From positions 384,001 through 448,000 of the forward strand of contig OZ244960.1 in the NCBI GenBank assembly GCA_965222605.1: a stretch of 64,000 bases of DNA, in the 5' to 3' direction. The notes below the pieces were generated by a model. That model was not told the DNA's origin and did not search any database. It was given only the letters and a program-made list of their open reading frames with translations. The number at the start of each line of letters is the position of its first letter. The stretch's first letter is position 1. The position numbers and the translations under genes were made by a program. Source of the stretch: Candidatus Latescibacterota bacterium (lineage in GTDB: Bacteria > Latescibacterota > UBA2968). Shown piece after piece: positions 30,946-38,595 of the stretch.

Positions 30946-32401
30946 TTGAGGATAGCCTTTCGGGAGAACTTAATCTTCTTATCCCCCATCCCACCAGCAA
31001 TACAAGACCAGCCAAAACCAATACCATAATCCCATAGTATAACGAGGTTCTCTGAGTTGGTTTTTCCTTTGTTGACACCGTTAGCGAAAGCGTTATGGAA
31101 TTGTCATCTCTCAGGTATTGATCTACCAGGCGCGGGATGTCGTCTCTGCGGGCAGATTTGAGATCTTGTATCAATTTTAGATACAGCAAGGGATCGTTGG
31201 CATGGGCGAATGCCCGCCCGAACTCATAGGCCATGTCTGAGCGGTCGTAAAAGTCGGAATACATTGATTTTAAATGCAAATTTTGGGCCGCAGTAAATTC
31301 ATCCTCTGAGACACCACGCGCCCTGATCTTCTCCAATTCTGTTTGGATAGCGGTCTCGATGGCATCTATGGAAGTGTCGAGCGGCAGGTCTGCCGTGCAA
31401 CTCAGCAAACTAAATCCTTTATAGTGGTTAAGCGATACTCTGAAAACCCTTGCGAGCTTAGAATCAATCACAGAAGACCGCAGGGAATTTGAGGTTTTGG
31501 TCAAAATGCGAGCAAGAATGAACAAGGTCGCATAGTCGCGATGGCCTAAATGGGGGGTGTGCCAACTCTTCCGGAATTTGGCAATAACGAGATCTTTTGA
31601 AGTATCTTTTACTCTTTTTCCGAGTATTTCAGGATTGGGGTATTGCGGAGAAGGCAATTCGCTCGATGATTCGCCTGGTATTTGCTCATTGCCATAAGCT
31701 TCATCCAGTTTGGTCAGGACATGGTCCATATCCACATCGCCAATCACAACGATCAATCTCTTTTGGCGACGCAGGAAATTATCATAGTACGCTTTCAAAT
31801 CATCAGGTTTGAGGTGTTTAATAAAATCTTCAGTGCCAATATATGATGACTGATTTTTACCATGGACTAAACCAAAAAAGCGATTGGTAAATTTTTTGGG
31901 TGGGTTTGCTAAATTACGACTTCTTTCCGTTATTACAATTTTCTTTTGGTTTTCAACGACCGCTTCATTGATTTTTGTATTGTAAAATCTATCGCGGTCT
32001 ATCTCAACTGCGAGATCAAATTTGTCCTTCGGAAATCGCATTCTTAAGCACATATAATGGATAGTTGTAAAGGCATAACTTTGACCTCCATTATCGACGA
32101 TAATCTGGTTGAGTTTTCCTGGCTCATGGCTACCAGTATCTGACATGATATGCTCTAAGAAGTGTATTCTCCCTTGTTCACCTTCTTTTTCGTCTGCCCA
32201 GCCAGCGCAGTACAAGGTATAATATTCAAATGTTGGAATTGTTCTATCTACCACGATAACGGCATCGAGGTTAGGATTGATGGTGTAGTGCTGCGCGATG
32301 AGTTCTTCAGATAATGCGGCTGTGCCAATAAGTTGGTAGGCCGAGCAGGTACTGGACAAGACGCAGGCAAGGAATGAGATGAGAACATAAATTTTTTTCA
32401 T
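30938..32401 (-). CDS. Exported, C-terminally anchored M16 (pitrilysin) zinc peptidase
   Basis: Signal peptide MKKIYVLISFLACVLSSTCSA; HFLEH; IVITER; VVIGDVD; C-terminal TM YYGIMVLVLAGLVLLVGWG. Confidence 0.85.
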   Translation of the reverse strand: MKKIYVLISFLACVLSSTCSAYQLIGTAALSEELIAQHYTINPNLDAVIVVDRTIPTFEYYTLYCAGWADEKEGEQGRIHFLEHIMSDTGSHEPGKLNQIIVDNGGQSYAFTTIHYMCLRMRFPKDKFDLAVEIDRDRFYNTKINEAVVENQKKIVITERSRNLANPPKKFTNRFFGLVHGKNQSSYIGTEDFIKHLKPDDLKAYYDNFLRRQKRLIVVIGDVDMDHVLTKLDEAYGNEQIPGESSSELPSPQYPNPEILGKRVKDTSKDLVIAKFRKSWHTPHLGHRDYATLFILARILTKTSNSLRSSVIDSKLARVFRVSLNHYKGFSLLSCTADLPLDTSIDAIETAIQTELEKIRARGVSEDEFTAAQNLHLKSMYSDFYDRSDMAYEFGRAFAHANDPLLYLKLIQDLKSARRDDIPRLVDQYLRDDNSITLSLTVSTKEKPTQRTSLYYGIMVLVLAGLVLLVGWGIRRLSSPERLSSNE

Positions 32402-32481
32402 ATCTGATACCAGGCAAAGCTGATCGTGGTTGTTTCGTCTATATGTCTGAATACATTCTTGCACTACACAGTATAAAATCT

Positions 32482-32514
32482 GGAGGTTCTTCCAGCAAGC
32501 TTGAAAGAACCTCC
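32482..32514. terminator. Stem-loop just downstream of the cargo gene
   Basis: GGAGGTTCTT...AAGAACCTCC. Confidence 0.6.
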
Positions 32515-32566
32515 TTTTATTTTTGTATTCTTGCGAGCCAGCTTACTCAAAGAGAGGAACCATCAA

Positions 32567-33145
32567 CTATCCATTATCACCTTCCGTACTGTTCTCCTCA
32601 TCGGGCAAACCGCTACCGTCATCATCATCATCATCATTGGCACAATCACCATCACAATTCTCATCATCACAATACTCACAATTCTCATCATCATCTCCAC
32701 AATCCAAAGGGACGGTGCATCCATCTTCCGTGCCGTCATCTGAAAAGTCAAAATCCCAAAAATCCCCCAAATGGTCCTTATCATTGTTTTCACTGTCTGA
32801 CTCTGAGCTACCACCGCCACCACTGCCACCACTGCCACCTAAAATTGGACCAAAATCATTATCGAAAACATAATCAAATTCCTGAGTAAAGGGTTTTCCC
32901 TCAGTATCAAAGGTGCCGCTCTTAGGGTAACAATCAAATGTGTTGCCGCCACATTCTCCAGAGATCTCATCCATACCTGTGGCCCCGTCATCCATCTTGC
33001 CGTCACCCGGCATCGTTATGCTTCCTCCATTCCCTCCTCGAGCCATGTTCATTTCTTGTGGTGAAATGGTCTCAGAGAGAATGGAGAGCGGTTTGCAGGT
33101 AAGTCCCGCGATGGATGTGGTGTGTTCAGAAATATTTTCTGGCAT
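32567..33145 (-). CDS. Acidic Asp/Gly/Cys-rich protein with a double-glycine leader (putative PCAT substrate)
   Basis: AGGAGG RBS; leader ...ISPQEMNMARGG matches L(-12)S(-11)xxE(-8)L(-7)xxI(-4)xGG; eight Cys in the core. Confidence 0.8.
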   Translation of the reverse strand: MPENISEHTTSIAGLTCKPLSILSETISPQEMNMARGGNGGSITMPGDGKMDDGATGMDEISGECGGNTFDCYPKSGTFDTEGKPFTQEFDYVFDNDFGPILGGSGGSGGGGSSESDSENNDKDHLGDFWDFDFSDDGTEDGCTVPLDCGDDDENCEYCDDENCDGDCANDDDDDDGSGLPDEENSTEGDNG

Positions 33146-33260
33146 GATACAACCTCCTGTTAAGGGTTATACCGCTTTTGCGAGCAACAAACGAATGGTG
33201 TACAAATAACTGTTCTCCAAACCAGTTCATTTGCGGTGATTCGATTCGTTCTATATTCAT
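33126..33260 (-). CDS. 44-aa small ORF overlapping the start of the cargo gene
   Basis: GAAAGGAGGT immediately before ATG; MNIERIESPQMNWFGEQLFVHHSFVARKSGITLNRRLYHARKYF*. Confidence 0.35.
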   Translation of the reverse strand: MNIERIESPQMNWFGEQLFVHHSFVARKSGITLNRRLYHARKYF

Positions 33261-33339
33261 ACCTCCTTTCGGGTGTTCTGCGTTATGGGTGAGAGAGGCA
33301 TTCCAAAATCGTCAAAAAACAATCCTCTAAACATTCAAC

Positions 33340-34059
33340 TCAAACATCTTCCGAAAACGACTGAATTTCTCCGCGCATAACTTTTGTGCGGTACTCGGTA
33401 GGAGGTATTCCGTGTATGGTCTTAAAAGCCTCACGCAAACGATTTGACGAAAGAAATCCGCACTCACTTGCAATTTCATAGACGAATATTGAGGGTTTTT
33501 TTATCAAACGCTGTGCCTGTGCAACTCTGATCTCCCGCAATTTTTCCGAGAAAGTCTTGCCCACATGTTTTTTAAACAGCTTGCAACCGTGCGATCTGGA
33601 AAACCCGAAATGGTTCATGAGGTCATCAAAGTTCAGTTCTGGATTGCTGTAATGCTCCTCCAAAAACGACTCCAAACTCCTTTTTATCCAATCTTGTGAA
33701 GGCATGCGTTTCTTAACCTTTGCCAAAAATTTGCCCTTCCTGATCGGTTTATCCAGCACGCCTACAGCACCCAGCTTGAATATTCTTTCCATTAATTCCA
33801 GGCGTCCCATCTCTCCCATGATCAGGACATTTGTTTGAATTTCCTCTACCTTTAGACAAGTCAAAAGAGATATCGCATCGAGGTCTCTTATATCTATGTC
33901 AACCACAGCGAGATCGATCTTCTCGCGTCTCAAAGTTTTAAACCCTGCTACCCCATCTCTCGCCGTGAATACATCGTAAAGTTCATCGCTCAAGTATTCA
34001 CAAAGGGTCGATATAACGCAGCTATCGCGATCTATAATCAGAACTTTCTGCTCATTCAT
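33340..34059 (-). CDS. Response regulator, REC + AraC-type HTH
   Basis: VLIIDRD, DLAVVDID, LDKP; C-terminal IASECGFLSSNRLREAFKTIHGIPPTEYR. Confidence 0.88.
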   Translation of the reverse strand: MNEQKVLIIDRDSCVISTLCEYLSDELYDVFTARDGVAGFKTLRREKIDLAVVDIDIRDLDAISLLTCLKVEEIQTNVLIMGEMGRLELMERIFKLGAVGVLDKPIRKGKFLAKVKKRMPSQDWIKRSLESFLEEHYSNPELNFDDLMNHFGFSRSHGCKLFKKHVGKTFSEKLREIRVAQAQRLIKKPSIFVYEIASECGFLSSNRLREAFKTIHGIPPTEYRTKVMRGEIQSFSEDV

Positions 34060-34105
34060 ATTTTTCCCCATACGCCAAAAAATTTCTACAACCATATCAA
34101 AACAT

Positions 34106-34145
34106 GCACCTTGCATGCCAACAGATATGTGCAACATGTGTGCCA
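34106..34145 (-). promoter_or_regulatory. Sigma-54 -24/-12 promoter(s)
   Basis: TGGCAC-ACATG-TTGC (34131-34145) plus a weaker TGGCAT-GCAAG-GTGC just downstream. Confidence 0.6.
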
Positions 34146-34303
34146 ATTTGAACTTTTTAGAGAATAATATTTGTAAACCATTATTTTTACTTCACATAGA
34201 ATTATTATCTTGCAAAATCCAGGCTGAATATCAAATTAAGAGGTGAAAACATCGTTCACTTTTTCCCAATCAATTTGACACTACTTTTTCCTTTTAATTC
34301 GCA

Positions 34304-34332
34304 TTGACAATCGCGCCTGGGGTCGCTACCTT
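34304..34332 (+). promoter_or_regulatory. Sigma-70-type promoter with no downstream ORF
   Basis: TTGACA-17bp-TACCTT. Confidence 0.55.
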
Positions 34333-34338
34333 AGTTTA

Positions 34339-34416
34339 GTCTTCTCAAGTTACCAGCTTGAGATATTCATCGCCGCTGACAGATGACCTGGTCGAGTCTT
34401 GTCAGCGGCTCTTTTA
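34339..34416 (+). ncRNA. Candidate ~80-nt two-hairpin small RNA
   Basis: Promoter upstream; hairpins TCTCAAG/CTTGAGA and GCCGCTGACA/TGTCAGCGGC followed by a T run. Confidence 0.4.
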
Positions 34417-34517
34417 TTATAATACCGTCACACCTGTAAATTCAACTCAAAAAGTCCCCGCGTATTTGTGATTCTCACCGCGTATTTCTGTTTTTTTGCA
34501 ATTTTGGGATTGGTGCA

Positions 34518-34556
34518 TAAAAAAACTGTGAATGGATTATTTTCCCATTCACAGTT
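34518..34556 (-). terminator. Intrinsic terminator after the ABC exporter pair
   Basis: ACTGTGAATGG/CCATTCACAGT with a T run on the minus strand. Confidence 0.7.
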
Positions 34557-34568
34557 CAGAAACACTGG

Positions 34569-34615
34569 ATCGCGGCATGCCCCTGCAGGGTTTAAGCAGG
34601 GGACCATGCCGCGAT
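34569..34615. repeat. GC-rich nested palindrome (REP/RIME-like)
   Basis: ATCGCGGCATG-CCCCTGC...GCAGGGG-AC-CATGCCGCGAT. Confidence 0.55.
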
Positions 34616-34660
34616 GACGGAGCCTGCTGGCCTGTCCTACGACCTCTTATCTCTCGCCTT

Positions 34661-36640
34661 TCATCTGTGTCCATCTGCGTCCATCTGTGGTTGCTTTTGT
34701 AGTTGCTTCGCGCTCTTTTCAACATCTTCCACCGCCGTCATGATCCCCTCAATAAATTCATCTGCTGCATCGTCCTTCTGCTTTTGCTGCTGTTCGTAGA
34801 GCAAGCGATAGACCTCGCACTCTTCCAGCAAATCGTCGTGAACACCCCAGCCCGCCATACGACCATTGTCCAGCACCAGAATGCGATCTGCCCGCATCGC
34901 CGTAGAAATCCGGTGGGTAATCACAAAAGTCGTGCGGCCCTCCATCAAATGATCCAGCGTCTCTTGTATTTTCGCTTCTGTCTTTGCATCCAGCGCGGAG
35001 GTAGTATCGTCCAAAATCAGAATACTGGGATTGGTGACAACAGCCATCGCAAAAGCCAGACGCTGTTTTTGACCGCCCGACAAGTTGGTGCCGCGCTCTT
35101 CAACCTGGGCCTCGTATTTTTCCGGCAGCGTTACAATAAAATCGTGTAACTCTGCCGCTTTAGCCGCATCCATCACCTGTTCGGGCGTGGTATCGGGCTG
35201 ACCATAGCGAATATTATCGGCAATCGTCCCGGAAAACAAAACGGGTTCCTGGGGCACCATACTGATGTGATGTCGCAGTGAAGAAATTTTGAGATCTTGT
35301 ATATCGTAGTCATCCAGAATAATCTTCCCCTCTGTGGGTTCATAAAGACGCATCAACAAACTAACCAGCGTACTCTTACCCGACCCCGAAGGCCCAACCA
35401 CAGCCACCGAAGTGCCCGGCCGCACGACAAAATTGAGATTTCTTATGACGTAATCGCCCGTCTCTGTATAGCGAAACGACACATTGCGAACCGACACGCG
35501 ACCGCGCACTTTGTCGAGGGTCTTCGCATCTTCCCTATCCTGAATAATCACCTCTTCATCCAGCACCTCAAACACGCGACTGATCACCACCAACATCTGT
35601 TGCAGCGTGGCATTCACATTGGCCAGTGCAACCAGTGGCGAAAAAAGATTCCCCATCGACATACTAAAATAAACCAATTCCCCAACCGTCATCATACCGC
35701 CGCGAACCTGCAATGCGCCAAAATAAAAGATCAGCCCCATTGCAATCCCCCCCACAATCGAACAGACTGCCCCCAGACCAGAACTCAAAACAGACTGTTT
35801 GACGCCCAAACGATACAACCCGATCAGACGCCTGAAAAAATCTCGAAACTCCCGTCTTTCTCGCGCATAAGACAGGATGAGACGAATCCCCTTTGAGCGT
35901 TCTTCCAACAGCGCAGAAACCTCGCCATAATCCTCTCGAAACCGCAGAAAAACATTTGCTATTGGACGCTGAAACACCTTATAGGTCACGACGTACGCGG
36001 GCAGCGCAACAAAGGCCATCAGTGCCAGCTCGACATCAATGGTAAACAGAATCACCGTGCCCATCAAAATACGCGCGACATGCCGCAGCGTTTCTATAAA
36101 TGTCGTCGTAATTTCGCTCTGCAACAACCCCACATCATCCAAAATGCGCGCCATAATCCGCCCGGTTTGCTGGCGATCAAAAAACGTCATCTGCAACTGC
36201 TGTACCTTCTCGTGCAGAGCCAGGCGAATGCGGAAAACAATCCGCTGCCCCACATAGGAGATGTTATACGTATAAAACCAGTTGAGGGTGGCAAAAAACG
36301 ATCTGACGACCAGGTAGAGAATGAAAATCCACCCCAACCATGCCAGTTTTTCAGTGCGCGTCTTGGGCTGCATCAGCCCGCCTTCTTTGCCCAGCCCCGG
36401 AATCGTTGCCTGTGGATCGCGCCTTGGACGTGTCTCCTCCTGAATCAAAGACTGCATGTGTGCCTCTAAAACGACTTCACCGGCGGGCTTGAGTTGCAAG
36501 ACCTCGTCAACTGTAATTTTTGAAATAAACCCGAGCAAAAACGTATAGGACGACGTAATAGTGGCCATCAAAATGACCATCAACATGCGCCCCCAATACG
36601 GTTTAATATATAAAATGACAAATCGCTTTAAGTTTTCCAT
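34661..36640 (-). CDS. ABC exporter ATP-binding/permease subunit (MsbA/Mdl-like)
   Basis: TMD + GPSGSGKS, LSGGQKQR, ILDDTTSALD; start trimmed to ATG 36640. Confidence 0.92.
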   Translation of the reverse strand: MENLKRFVILYIKPYWGRMLMVILMATITSSYTFLLGFISKITVDEVLQLKPAGEVVLEAHMQSLIQEETRPRRDPQATIPGLGKEGGLMQPKTRTEKLAWLGWIFILYLVVRSFFATLNWFYTYNISYVGQRIVFRIRLALHEKVQQLQMTFFDRQQTGRIMARILDDVGLLQSEITTTFIETLRHVARILMGTVILFTIDVELALMAFVALPAYVVTYKVFQRPIANVFLRFREDYGEVSALLEERSKGIRLILSYARERREFRDFFRRLIGLYRLGVKQSVLSSGLGAVCSIVGGIAMGLIFYFGALQVRGGMMTVGELVYFSMSMGNLFSPLVALANVNATLQQMLVVISRVFEVLDEEVIIQDREDAKTLDKVRGRVSVRNVSFRYTETGDYVIRNLNFVVRPGTSVAVVGPSGSGKSTLVSLLMRLYEPTEGKIILDDYDIQDLKISSLRHHISMVPQEPVLFSGTIADNIRYGQPDTTPEQVMDAAKAAELHDFIVTLPEKYEAQVEERGTNLSGGQKQRLAFAMAVVTNPSILILDDTTSALDAKTEAKIQETLDHLMEGRTTFVITHRISTAMRADRILVLDNGRMAGWGVHDDLLEECEVYRLLYEQQQKQKDDAADEFIEGIMTAVEDVEKSAKQLQKQPQMDADGHR

Positions 36641-36644
36641 AATC

Positions 36645-38420
36645 TCAGCTCGCCATCGCCTCCACGGCTTCTTCAATAGAACCCGCGGCCTGCTGCTCGT
36701 AAAGTTGGCGATACTTTCCATCGGGTATTTGCAACAACTCGCTGTGCGTCCCCTGTTCAATAATTTCACCGTGATCCATCACAACAATAATATCCGCATT
36801 GACGATCGTCGATAATCGGTGTGCAATCGCAAAGGACGTGCGTCCTTTTAGTACCATGGTCATCGCTTTTTGTATCAGAGCCTCCGACAGGGAATCGAGT
36901 GACGAAGTCGCTTCGTCGAGAATTAAAACCAACGGATTGGTCAGCACTGCCCTGGCAATGGCGAGACGCTGTTTCTCTCCCACAGACAACTTAATACCAT
37001 CGTTCCCCAACATCGAATCGTAACCCTCGGGTGTACGCATAATAAATTCGTGAATCTCGGCAATGCGCGTCGCTTCGATCAACTCGGCATCTGTGGCATC
37101 TGCGCGACCATATAGCAAATTCTCCCGAATCGTCCCATTAAACATCACCGAATCTTGCAACACTTGGCCGATCTGTGTACGCAAGGTACGCAACTTCACA
37201 TCTCGCAAATCGTGACCATCAATTGTAATACGCCCTTCCTTCACATCGTAAAAGCGCATCAACAAACTCGTCAACGTCGTCTTTCCGCATCCCGTATGCC
37301 CCACCAGCGCCACCATCTGCCCCGGCTGCACCTCCAGATTGATGCCCTTCAAAACAGGCTCACTCTCTTTGTACTCAAAATGTACATCTTCAAATTTAAT
37401 ATGTCCTTTTATCGGCGGTAATTCAACAGCATCTTCCTTGTCCTTAATCTCTATGGGAAAATCTAAAATTTCCAAGACGCGATCCACAGACACCATCACC
37501 GATTGAAGATGCATGGCAATTTGCGTGAGACTGAGAATAGGCTGAAACATCCGGCTCGAATACGCAAAAAAGGCCATCACAGCCCCATAAGTCATTTCAC
37601 CCTCAATCACGTAATAACAGCCCAAACAAAAAATCACAGTATTGCGCAATCCCGACACCCCCCAGGCACCGGCCATATAGCCAGCGCGATTTGTGGCAGT
37701 CTGCATCGCCGCATCCAAACTCTGGTGCGTATCTTCCGCAAATGCGCGGTGTTCTCTGCGCTCTCGTCCATAAGATTTTACCAGTTGCACCCCGGCCAAC
37801 CGCTCTTGTAGGCCAACCGACACCTGATCCATCTTTCTGCGCCAAAGACTTATAGACTGCCGCATTGGCGTGCGCCACCCGTAAAAATTAAAAAAATACA
37901 GGGGTATCAGCAAAAGCAGCAGACACCCCATCTTCCAATTCAAGCTCATACACAGCGCAAGCGCCACCCAGAACGACACAAAATCAACAATAATGCCCAG
38001 CATACGCGACGTCACCATACTGCGCACACTCGCAATATCAGACATAATGCGCGACATAATTTTGCCTGTACCCATCTCGTCGTAAAAGCGCATGGGCAAT
38101 TTCAACATGTGTTCATACGTAAACTTCCGCATACTCGTCGTCAGCCCCCACCCCACATAAGCATTGGTAAATGAGACCCAAACGCGCAGCGCAGCAGACA
38201 TGATAGGCAGACAAATCGAAATAAACAAAAGCACTTCCAGAAAGTGCCAGTTACCCATGGTAATGACATCATCGATGATGAACTTCATCACCAGAGGAGG
38301 CACCATACCCAGTGCTGTCATTGTCGCCGTCAAGCACAACAGCAAGATCAGACGCGATTTGTAAGGGGTGACAAAATGCGCGAACTTGCGCAACTTGTCA
38401 GCATTGCTTTCGTCTGCCAT
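36645..38420 (-). CDS. ABC exporter ATP-binding/permease subunit (heterodimer partner)
   Basis: GHTGCGKT, LSVGEKQR, ILDEATSSLD, AHRLST. Confidence 0.92.
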   Translation of the reverse strand: MADESNADKLRKFAHFVTPYKSRLILLLCLTATMTALGMVPPLVMKFIIDDVITMGNWHFLEVLLFISICLPIMSAALRVWVSFTNAYVGWGLTTSMRKFTYEHMLKLPMRFYDEMGTGKIMSRIMSDIASVRSMVTSRMLGIIVDFVSFWVALALCMSLNWKMGCLLLLLIPLYFFNFYGWRTPMRQSISLWRRKMDQVSVGLQERLAGVQLVKSYGRERREHRAFAEDTHQSLDAAMQTATNRAGYMAGAWGVSGLRNTVIFCLGCYYVIEGEMTYGAVMAFFAYSSRMFQPILSLTQIAMHLQSVMVSVDRVLEILDFPIEIKDKEDAVELPPIKGHIKFEDVHFEYKESEPVLKGINLEVQPGQMVALVGHTGCGKTTLTSLLMRFYDVKEGRITIDGHDLRDVKLRTLRTQIGQVLQDSVMFNGTIRENLLYGRADATDAELIEATRIAEIHEFIMRTPEGYDSMLGNDGIKLSVGEKQRLAIARAVLTNPLVLILDEATSSLDSLSEALIQKAMTMVLKGRTSFAIAHRLSTIVNADIIVVMDHGEIIEQGTHSELLQIPDGKYRQLYEQQAAGSIEEAVEAMAS

Positions 38421-38595
38421 ATTGATCTCATTTTAAAAATAAGTTGCAGATTTTTGGATCTCGACGCTTCTTTATTTGTCCATCTTTGGGCAATCATAAA
38501 TAATATTTAAGAACAGATATAAAAATATAAAGACACCTTTTAATTAAATCAAGCCCATCTCATTCGATGGCGCATCCTCTACCTCTGATTGAGCC

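Noticed and set aside
32443-32889. His-rich and Ser-rich plus-strand ORFs (possible metal-binding peptides)
   Set aside because: Antisense shadows of the GAT/GAC-rich cargo gene, which has the RBS, the leader and the operon orientation
23633-33145. Classical modified RiPP cluster (lanthipeptide, ranthipeptide, graspetide)
   Set aside because: No modifying-enzyme motifs in the locus; enzymes acting in trans cannot be excluded
34661-38420. ABC exporter pair as part of the PCAT locus
   Set aside because: Separated by a terminator and ~600 bp of intergenic DNA; looks like a generic heterodimeric exporter
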